Made by a program: the position numbers and the translations under genes | From: Chloroflexota bacterium | GTDB taxonomy: Bacteria > Chloroflexota > Limnocylindria > Limnocylindrales > CSP1-4 | Assembly: GCA_003250155.1 (NCBI GenBank) | Contig: QKHE01000006.1 | Coordinates: 1-50,807 of the forward strand | Direction: 5' to 3' | DNA length: 50,807 nucleotides | Notes under the pieces: model-generated | The model's database searches: none | The model's input: the letters and a program-made list of their open reading frames with translations, nothing else | Told to the model about the DNA's origin: nothing | Part shown: in pieces, positions 16,900 to 25,100 of the stretch | Numbering within the stretch: the first letter of the stretch is position 1 | Layout: each line of letters opens with the position of its first letter

Positions 16900-18150
16900 A
16901 TGGCAAAGACCAACGGCAAGAACGGCCACACGCCGACCAACACCTGGGCGGGCTCGGCCCGCCGCAAGGACGGCAAGATCCGTGTCGCGATCGTCGGCGT
17001 CGGCAACTGCGCGAGCAGCCTCGTGCAGGGCCGCTACTACTACGAGAACGCCAACGACGACGACTTCGTCCCGGGGCTGATGCACGTCAACCTCGGCGGC
17101 TACCACATCCGCGACATCGAGTTCGTGGCCGCCTTCGACGTCGACAAGAACAAGGTCGGCAAGGACCTCTCGGAGGCGATCTACCAGAAGCCCAACAACA
17201 CCTACGTCTTCCAGCAGGTCCCGCACACCGGCGTGACCGTCGAGCGCGGCATGACCCACGACGGGCTCGGCAAGTACCTCAGCGAGATCATCGAGAAGGC
17301 GCCCGGCCCGACGGCCGACATCGTCGGCATCCTCCAGGAGCGCGAGGTCGACGTCATGGTCTCCTACCTGCCGGTCGGCAGCGAGGAGGCGACGAAGTGG
17401 TACGTCGAGCAGGCGCTTCGTGCCGGCGTCGGCTTCATCAACGCCATCCCGGTGTTCATCGGCCGTGAGCCGTACTGGCAGCGCCGCTTCGCCGAGGAGG
17501 GTCTGCCGGTCATCGGCGACGACATCAAGAGCCAGGTCGGCGCGACGATCAGCCACCGCGTGCTGACGCGGCTGTTCATGGATCGCGGCGTCCGCCTCGA
17601 CCGGACCTACCAGCTGAACTTCGGCGGCAACACGGACTTCCTGAACATGCTCGAGCGCGAGCGCCTCGAGTCGAAGAAGATCAGCAAGACGAACGCCGTC
17701 ACGAGCATGCTCGACTACGAGCTCGATCACGACGACGTCCACGTCGGCCCGTCCGACCACGTGCCGTGGCTGCTCGACCGCAAGTGGTGCTACATCCGGA
17801 TGGAGGGCACGACCTACGGCGACGTGCCGCTCAACGCCGAGCTGAAGCTCGAGGTCTGGGACAGCCCCAACAGCGCCGGCGTCATCACCGACGCGATCCG
17901 CTGCCTGAAGCTGGGCCTCGATCGCGGCCTGAAGGGCACGCTCGTCGCGCCGTCGAGCTACTTCATGAAGAGCCCGCCGGTCCAGATCCACGACGACATC
18001 GCGTTCAACCGCGTCGAGGCGTTCATCCGCGGCGATGACGACGAGACGCTCGTCGGCACCGAGAAGCCCGTCAAGCGCACGTACCGCAAGCTGGCGGCGC
18101 GGCCGTCGAAGGCGGCGGGGACCGGCGCGAAGGCGGCGACCGGGGCGTGA
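16900..18150 (+). CDS. ino1: myo-inositol-1-phosphate (inositol-3-phosphate) synthase
   Basis: GGAGAA lies 7 nt upstream of the ATG. Motifs seen: [81 protein letters not shown]. It has a Lys/Ala-rich C-terminal tail. Confidence 0.92.
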   Translation: MAKTNGKNGHTPTNTWAGSARRKDGKIRVAIVGVGNCASSLVQGRYYYENANDDDFVPGLMHVNLGGYHIRDIEFVAAFDVDKNKVGKDLSEAIYQKPNNTYVFQQVPHTGVTVERGMTHDGLGKYLSEIIEKAPGPTADIVGILQEREVDVMVSYLPVGSEEATKWYVEQALRAGVGFINAIPVFIGREPYWQRRFAEEGLPVIGDDIKSQVGATISHRVLTRLFMDRGVRLDRTYQLNFGGNTDFLNMLERERLESKKISKTNAVTSMLDYELDHDDVHVGPSDHVPWLLDRKWCYIRMEGTTYGDVPLNAELKLEVWDSPNSAGVITDAIRCLKLGLDRGLKGTLVAPSSYFMKSPPVQIHDDIAFNRVEAFIRGDDDETLVGTEKPVKRTYRKLAARPSKAAGTGAKAATGA

Positions 18151-19172
18151 GCTCGGGCGGCCGTCCCCTCAAGGCACCGCATCGGCGGGGGCCCCAGGGT
18201 CCCCGCCCGATCGAGCGCTCGGCGGTCTACGTCTATCGCCTCGGGGCGTGGATCCTGGGCAGCCTGCCCGTGCCGATCGCGCGCTGGATCGTGGCCTTCA
18301 TGCTTCAGCTGTCGTTCTTCATCGTGCCCTCGAAGCGGCGCTCGGTCCACCTGAACTTCGCCCACGTGACCGGCAAGTCGCCGTCGAGCCTCGAGGTCCG
18401 GCGGCGCTCGCTCGGCGCCTACCGTTCGTACGCGCGCTACGTCGTCGAGCTGATGCGCCTGCCGCTCATGACCGACGACGCGGCCGAGGCGCTCGTCGAC
18501 ACCTCCAACCTGCTGCCGCTCGAGGCCCATTGGAAGGAGACCCGGCGGGGCATCATCCTGACGACGCCCCACATCGGCAATCTCGAGGGCGTGGCCCGCG
18601 GCATCGCCCGCCACGGCTGGCCGATCGCCGCGGTCGCCGACGACACGAGCTTCCCGGAGCTGTTCGATCACCTGACCCGGCAGCGCGAAACGTGGGGCGT
18701 GCGGATGATCCCGTGGCGCAACCTGCGCGAGCTGTACCGGATCCTCCGGCGCGGCGAGATCCTGGCCCTCGTCATCGACTGGGGCTACAAGGCCGACGAC
18801 GTGCCGGTTCGCCTGTTCGGGACGTGGACGACGCTGCCGGCCGGCCCGGCCGTGCTGGCCGCGCGGACCGGGGCCGAGATCGTCAATGTCGCGATTCGGC
18901 GAACGGCGGACGGCCGCGCCTACCAGATCGCCTATGGCGAGCCGATGCTCGTGCATTCGACGGAGCCGGCCGAGATCGCGCGGGCGACGCAGGCGATCGC
19001 CGACGCGCTCGAGGCGACGATCGCCGCGGCGCCGGAGCAGTGGTACAGCTTCAAGCCCCAGTGGCCCGAGACCGAGGCCGAACGGGCCGAGCTGGCCGAG
19101 CGAGCGGCGCTCGAGCGCTCGGGCGTCGACGCGGCGCTGGGAGCGCCCGCGGAAGGCCTAGCGACCGGCTGA
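18147..19172 (+). CDS. LpxL/HtrB-family lipid acyltransferase (PatA-like PI-mannoside acyltransferase candidate), copy 1.
   Basis: Its GTG overlaps the ino1 stop (GTGA). It has an N-terminal membrane-associated segment, an H-x4-E motif ([10 protein letters not shown]), and [10 protein letters not shown]...[24 protein letters not shown], which is typical of the family. Confidence 0.8.
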   Translation: MSSGGRPLKAPHRRGPQGPRPIERSAVYVYRLGAWILGSLPVPIARWIVAFMLQLSFFIVPSKRRSVHLNFAHVTGKSPSSLEVRRRSLGAYRSYARYVVELMRLPLMTDDAAEALVDTSNLLPLEAHWKETRRGIILTTPHIGNLEGVARGIARHGWPIAAVADDTSFPELFDHLTRQRETWGVRMIPWRNLRELYRILRRGEILALVIDWGYKADDVPVRLFGTWTTLPAGPAVLAARTGAEIVNVAIRRTADGRAYQIAYGEPMLVHSTEPAEIARATQAIADALEATIAAAPEQWYSFKPQWPETEAERAELAERAALERSGVDAALGAPAEGLATG

Positions 19173-20134
19173 TGGGCGAACGCGGGCCACGATCGTCGTG
19201 GGTCCGGCGGCTGCGCGCCCGTGGTGTCGTGGCCGGCGCCTGGCTGCTGTCGCGCCTGCCCGAGCGACCGCTCCTCGCCCTGGCGGGGATCGTCGGTGAC
19301 GCCTGGTGCCGCCTCGCTCCCGAGCGGCGCCGGCTGGCGCGCCGGAACCTCGCCCGGATCGCGGCCTGGATGGACGAGACGGGACGGGGCGACCCCGCGC
19401 GTCGGGCGGCGGCCCATGACGGAGCGGCGCTGACCCGGCTCGTCCGCGAGGCGTTCCGGAACTCGGCCCGCTACTACCTCCGCCTCGCGCGCGCCGGAAC
19501 GCTGTCGCCGGCCGAGGTTGAGCGGCGCTTCGTCGTCGATACCCCCGAGCTGCTCGCCGAGATCCTGGCGGACCCGAAGGGAGCGCTGTTCGTCGGCCTC
19601 CATCTCGGCTGGTACGAGCTCGCGGCGCTGTACTTCATCCGCAAGACCGGCCGGCGCGGCGTCGTCCCGACGGAGATCGTGGCCGACCCGGAGCTCCAGG
19701 CCTTCCTCGTCGCCTCGCGCGAGCGGATGGGGGTCCGCCTCGTCGACGTCGCCTCGGCCCGCCGCGAGCTGGCCGCCGCACTTCGCCGCGGCGAGACGGT
19801 CGGGTTGGTCGCCGATCGCGACGTGAGCGGCAGCGGCATCGTGACAACCCTGTTCGGGCATCCGGCTCGCCTGCCGGCCGGGCCGGCGCTGCTGGCGCTC
19901 GAGACCGGTGCGGTGCCACGCGTCTTCGGCACCTGGGTCGCCGCCGACGGCCTCAACCACGCGCGCGGCCAGACCGTGCCGCTGCCCGAGGGCGAGACGC
20001 GACGCGCGCGCGTCGAGGCGTGGCTGGAGGCGGAAGCGCGAGCGTTCGAGGAATACGTTGCCGAGGCGCCGGAGCAGTGGCAGGCCGTCTTCCACCCGAT
20101 CTGGGACGACCTCGCCGAGGGGCTCGCGGCATGA
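19172..20134 (+). CDS. LpxL/HtrB-family lipid acyltransferase, copy 2 (paralog of 18147-19172).
   Basis: The ATG at 19172 overlaps the upstream stop (ATGA). Motifs seen: H-x4-E (GLHLGWYELAA), VGLVADRDVSGSG...LFGHPARLPAGPALLALETGA. Confidence 0.75.
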   Translation: MGERGPRSSWVRRLRARGVVAGAWLLSRLPERPLLALAGIVGDAWCRLAPERRRLARRNLARIAAWMDETGRGDPARRAAAHDGAALTRLVREAFRNSARYYLRLARAGTLSPAEVERRFVVDTPELLAEILADPKGALFVGLHLGWYELAALYFIRKTGRRGVVPTEIVADPELQAFLVASRERMGVRLVDVASARRELAAALRRGETVGLVADRDVSGSGIVTTLFGHPARLPAGPALLALETGAVPRVFGTWVAADGLNHARGQTVPLPEGETRRARVEAWLEAEARAFEEYVAEAPEQWQAVFHPIWDDLAEGLAA

Positions 20135-20958
20135 CCGCCCGCCTCGGTCGCGCCGACCTGCACATCCACACCCTGGCCTCCGACGGGACGGTCGGGGTGA
20201 TCGACGTGCTGGATCACGTCGAACGCAACACCGACCTCGACGTCATCGCCATCGCCGACCACGAGCGGATCGACGCCGCGCTGGCCGGGCGCCGGATCGC
20301 CGTAGATCGCGGGCTGTCGTTCGAGGTCGTCGTCGCCGAGGAGATCACGACCCTCGGCGGACACCTCCTCGGGCTGTGGCTCGAGGAGCGCGTCAAGCCG
20401 TTCCGCTCGCTCCGCTCGACGATCGCCGAGGTCCATGCCCAGGGCGGCATCGCCGTGCCGGCCCATCCGCTGGTGCCGTACCCGCTGTGCGCCCAGGGCT
20501 TCGTGCTGCGACGCCTGCTCGGCGACGACGAGCGCTACCGGCCCGACGGCCTCGAGGCGTTCAACCCGACGACGCTCGGCCGGCCATGGCACGGCAAGGT
20601 CGTGCGCTTCGCCGAGGAGCACGGCCTCGCTCGGCTCGGCAACTCGGACGCCCACGAGCTCGACGCGATCGGCATCGGCTACACGACCTTCCCCGGCCGA
20701 TCGGCGGATCAGCTGCGATCGGCGATCCTGGCCCGGACGACCCACCACCACGGCTCGTTCCACCCGCCCGGCGCCCAGGTCGGGACGTTCGGCAAGCAGC
20801 TCCGCAAGTACGGCCGCGACGTTCGCGCCGAGGTCGGCGGCCGGCTCCGCCGTGACGGCTCGCGGCGCGACCTGGGCTACCCGTCGGAGCACGGCGTCGG
20901 TGCCGTGGGGCTCGTGGCCAGCCGGCGGCGGGGCGAGGAGGAGGCCGAGTCGGCATGA
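20131..20958 (+). CDS. PHP-domain metal-dependent phosphoesterase (TrpH/YciV-like).
   Basis: The ATG at 20131 overlaps the upstream stop (ATGA). PHP motifs seen: ADLHIHTLASDGT, DVIAIADHE, ITTLGGHLLGLW, GGIAVPAHP, LGNSDAHE. Confidence 0.85.
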   Translation: MTARLGRADLHIHTLASDGTVGVIDVLDHVERNTDLDVIAIADHERIDAALAGRRIAVDRGLSFEVVVAEEITTLGGHLLGLWLEERVKPFRSLRSTIAEVHAQGGIAVPAHPLVPYPLCAQGFVLRRLLGDDERYRPDGLEAFNPTTLGRPWHGKVVRFAEEHGLARLGNSDAHELDAIGIGYTTFPGRSADQLRSAILARTTHHHGSFHPPGAQVGTFGKQLRKYGRDVRAEVGGRLRRDGSRRDLGYPSEHGVGAVGLVASRRRGEEEAESA

Positions 20959-22139
20959 AGATCGGGCTCGTGACGCCGTACGTCTACCCGCTGCCGGGCG
21001 GGGTCAACCAGCACGTCCGGTACCTCTACGAGAACCTCCGGCTACGCGAGCACGACGTCCGGATCATCACCAGCAGCCACGGCCTCCAGCGCGCCTCGGA
21101 GGGCGACGTCATCCGCATCGGCAAGGGCATCTCCGTCCCCTCGAACGGCTCGGTCGGGACGGTCACCGTCTCGCCGCGCTACCTGTCGCAGGTCCGCGAG
21201 GTGCTGGAGCGCGAGCAGTTCGACCTGCTCCACTTCCACGAGCCGTTCGTGCCCTTCCTGTCGCTCGTCACGCTGCGGCTGTCGAAGAGCGTCAACGTCG
21301 CGACGTTCCACGCCTATGGCGGCTTCTCGCCGGCCTACGAGTTCGGCTCGCGGGTCCTCGGCGGCTACGCCCGCCGCCTCCACGGCCGGATCGCGGTCTC
21401 GGCCGCGGCCCGTCACTTCATCGATCGCTACTTCCCCGGCGATTACAAGGTCATCCCGAACGGCGTCGATACCGCCCGCTTCGCACGAGCCGTGCCGATC
21501 GCGCGCTGGCAGGACGGCACCCGGAACATCCTGTTCGTCGGCCGCTTCGAGCCTCGCAAGGGCCTGCTCGACCTGCTCAAGGCCTACCGGATCCTGCGCC
21601 GAACCGGCTGCAACTGCCGGCTCCTCGTGATCGGTGGCGGGCCCCAGGCGAAGGAGGCACGCCGCTACCTCCAGACGCGCCGGCTGGGCGGCGTGGAGTT
21701 CCTCGGCCGGGTGACCGACGAGGAGCGCGATGCGCTGTTCAAGACGGCCGACGTGTACTGCTCGCCCGCGACCGGGCGGGAATCGTTCGGGATCGTGCTG
21801 CTCGAGGCGATGGCCGCCGGCACGTCGATCGTGTGCAGCGACATCCACGGCTACAAGGGCGTCGTCCGCCGCGACCGCGAGGGCCTGCTCGTGCCGCCGC
21901 ACCAGCCGAAGGCGCTCGCCGCGGCCCTGGCCCGGCTGCTGTCCGACGACGCCCTGCGCGAGCGGATGAGCAGCTCCGGGCTCGAGCGAGCCGAGGAGTT
22001 CAGCTGGGAGCGGGTGACCGCCAAGGTCGAGGAGTACTACGGCTTCGTGATCCGGCGGCTCGCCGCCCAGGGCCAGCTGCCGCCGGGCTTCAGCGCCGAG
22101 GTCCCGGCCGACCCACGGCAGGTCATCCCGGCCGCCTGA
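20955..22139 (+). CDS. pimA: GT4 glycosyltransferase, PimA-like phosphatidylinositol alpha-mannosyltransferase.
   Basis: Its ATG overlaps the PHP gene stop (ATGA). The N-terminus MKIGLVTPYVYPLPGGVNQHVRYLYENLRLREHDVRIITS is PimA-like. The GT4 E-x7-E region is ESFGIVLLEAMAAG. Operon context with the PIP synthase and acyltransferases supports the call. Confidence 0.8.
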   Translation: MKIGLVTPYVYPLPGGVNQHVRYLYENLRLREHDVRIITSSHGLQRASEGDVIRIGKGISVPSNGSVGTVTVSPRYLSQVREVLEREQFDLLHFHEPFVPFLSLVTLRLSKSVNVATFHAYGGFSPAYEFGSRVLGGYARRLHGRIAVSAAARHFIDRYFPGDYKVIPNGVDTARFARAVPIARWQDGTRNILFVGRFEPRKGLLDLLKAYRILRRTGCNCRLLVIGGGPQAKEARRYLQTRRLGGVEFLGRVTDEERDALFKTADVYCSPATGRESFGIVLLEAMAAGTSIVCSDIHGYKGVVRRDREGLLVPPHQPKALAAALARLLSDDALRERMSSSGLERAEEFSWERVTAKVEEYYGFVIRRLAAQGQLPPGFSAEVPADPRQVIPAA

Positions 22140-22154
22140 TCCGGCGCTCCGGCG

Positions 22155-25100
22155 CTACTCCGGGCCGGCCGGCAGGCCCGGCGGACCGGCCGCCCGTTCG
22201 AGCCGGCGCTCGGCGAGCGCGACGCGCCACGACCAGGTCGAGTAGCCGACGACGAGGGCCGTGAAGCCGATCGAGAGCAGCATGATCGCCGGCCCGATGT
22301 CGAACAGCGGTGGTCCGTCGACCGAGCGATCGACCGTGCTGACCGGGAACTGGAACGGGTACAGGTAGGTCGGCAGGAAGCCCTGGTAGGCGTTGTGCAG
22401 GTTCGTCGGCAGCGGCAGCCCGCTGATGTTCGGGTACCAGAGCACGAACCAGAAGCCGATCGCGACCATCGCGCCGACGACGAAGCGGCGCGAATCGCGC
22501 GCTGTGGCGACGTACGCCGCGAGCGGTGTCAGGGCGAGCAGGACGACCATCGCGATCGGCTCGACCGGGACGTTCGGGATGTTCATGAGCTCGCCGCCGT
22601 CGACGAAATTGGTCACGAACGCGATCGCCGCAACGACGCCGCCCCCGATGAGGATCGTCGTCCGCAGGCGCGCCCGGACGCCCGCCGAGGCCAGTGCACC
22701 GTCCTCCAGCGCCGCCGCGTCGGCCTCGTCGGCCAGCGCCAGCATCTCGCGCACGAGCAGCAGCAGCCCGATGCCGAGCACGATCGCGAGGGCCAGCGCG
22801 CCGGGGGCGACCGGGATCTCGGGGATCACCGTCGGACACGCCTGCGAGCTGGGGTTCACGTCGGTGACCCGGACGGCAGCGCACAGCGGTCGATGCAGCA
22901 GCCACAGCAGGAACGGGCCCACCACGGCGACGGCGGCCGCCACCCGCGCAAGGATCCACGTCCGACGTGATGGGCCGTGCCACAGCTCGGCCAGGAAGTA
23001 GGCCAGCGCCAGGAACAGGAACGGCAGCGCCGTGTAGTAGTGGTACTGGAACGCGGCACGGTCGATCCGGGCCCACGCGATCCACTGGAAGGCGAAGGCG
23101 ATCGCCACGAGGGCCAGGGCCGCGCTGCGGCGCTTGAAGGCCTGCCACGCGGCGAAGGCCATCGCCGGCACGGCCAGCCACCACGCGACGAGATTGCCGG
23201 CGTCGTAGATCGCGCCCGCGGTGCCGCCGGCGAAGCCCTCCTCGTAGAACCACACCGGCTTCAGGTCGAACGGCCAGGCCCACCACGGCGACGACGCCGG
23301 ATGGGCCGAGCTCAGGCGGTTGTGGTAGTTGTACATGTCCCGCGTCAGGTCGATGAGCGTCTGGCCGGTATGGCCGGCCGGCCAGCCCTGGACGAGCTGG
23401 TGGTTCTCGACGAACGCCCACGGGATGTACGACGCCACGTAGACCGCCAGTGGGATCGCCACGAGGCAGACGGCGAGCCAGACGGCCGGCAGCCCGAGGC
23501 CGCTGCCGAGGCGCAGCCAGCCGTGGGGCGCCGGGGCAGGCGGATCGAGGATCGCTCCCGGGTCGTCGGCTTGCGGCGGCGGCGCCATCGGCCCGAAGCC
23601 GAGCCGCCCGGTGACGACGAACGCGGTATGGACGGCGGCGCCCAGGACGAAGCCGAGGATCGCCAGCTCGATCGGGGTCACCGAGACCGGGCCGAGGGTC
23701 AGCGGGGCGAGCGGGTCGCCGCGGGCCGCCCCGGCGAGCAGTGCCAGGCCGCCGGCGACCGGCGCCGCGAATGTCGCGAAGCGCTGTTCCTCGACGGTCC
23801 AGGCGATCGGGTGGCTGACGTTCGCCACGACGCCGGCGAGTGTCAGCGCGACCATGATCGCCAGGAACAGGTAGTTGCCACCGCTCTCGCCGGCCGGGAC
23901 CGAGATCGCGAGGTATCCGAGGACGGTCGTCGCGACGATCATGCCGAGGATCGCCAGCAGCCGTCCGAGCGCGCTCCGCGACAACGCCAGGATGCCGAGG
24001 CCGCCGATCGCGTACGCGGCGACCCACTTCGACGCCAGGGCCAGCCCGAGCAGCAGGCCGACCGCCAGCATCCCGACCGCGAAGGCCAGCCAGCCCCGCC
24101 CTCCACGCCCCGGCCTGAGCCACAACGCCGCGAAGATCGTGTAGGCGGCGACGATGCCGAGTCCCACGTAGGCGTCGTTCATCCCGATCCTGCTCTGGGC
24201 GAACAGCATCCCGTCGAGCAGGGCCAGGATGCCGACGAGGATCGCGACGCTACGGCGATGGAACAGCAGTCGCGCCAGGACGTACAGGAACAGGGCCATC
24301 AGGATGCCCGCGATGACGCCCGGCAGGCGCCAGGCGAACGCGTGGCGTCCGATCGGGACCGCGGCGACCCCGCCGCCCGCATCGAACGCCAGCAGCTGCT
24401 GTCGATCGCTCGACGGGTAACGCTCGTTGTCGTCCATCACGATGGCTGCCGGCTCGAACGGCAGCGCCGCATCGGCGTAGACCGCGTTGCCGTGGGGCTC
24501 GACGACGTAGACCGTCGGCGTCGTCGGGTCGTCCGGGCGCGAGCCCTCGACGTGGACCATCCGGCTGGCCTCGTCGAAGTAGGCGCGTCCGGCCCGGTCG
24601 CCGGGAAGTGGCAGCGTGGTGTCGATCCGGGGATCCTCGTCCGGCTTCGCGACGACGACCGCGAGCCGCGGACCGTCGGCCGTCATGTACGGCACGTAGA
24701 TCGGGTCGTCGCTGAGCCCGCTCGTGCTCACCGCGCCGGTCGCCGGGCCGCCCACGCCGACGACGTCGGCGATGGTCCCGGTCTCGGGGTCGATGAACGC
24801 CAGGCCCTCGGCCGTGGCCACGGCGATCCGGCCTTGGCCGCCGTCCGTCAGCTGGCCGACACCGGACAGCTGGGCCCGGCCGACCACCTCGGCCGCGCCG
24901 AGATCGACGGTCACGATCTCCTGGAGATCGGCGCTGCCGCCGTCCGTGGCAAGCACCGCTGCCAGCCGGCTGCCGTCGTCGGTGACGAACAGCCGCTCGA
25001 CGGTGCCGTCGAGATCGAGCAGCGGGTGCAGACCGAGCGGCGCGAGGCCCTGGCCGCGAACGTCGTCGACCGGGCCGAGCTCCGCCTCCAGGACCTGACC

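Noticed and set aside
16900-18150. The Lys/Ala-rich C-terminal tail of Ino1 (about 45 aa) as a possible fused domain.
   Set aside because: It is short and low-complexity with no motif. It is more likely a disordered tail, or partly a consequence of the coupled GTGA stop/start.
22140-22154. The direct repeat CCGGCGCT-CCGGCGCT between the convergent pimA and dual GT-C genes, considered as a terminator or att-like site.
   Set aside because: It is only a 2x8-bp direct repeat with no hairpin potential, in a 15-bp gap. This is most likely chance.
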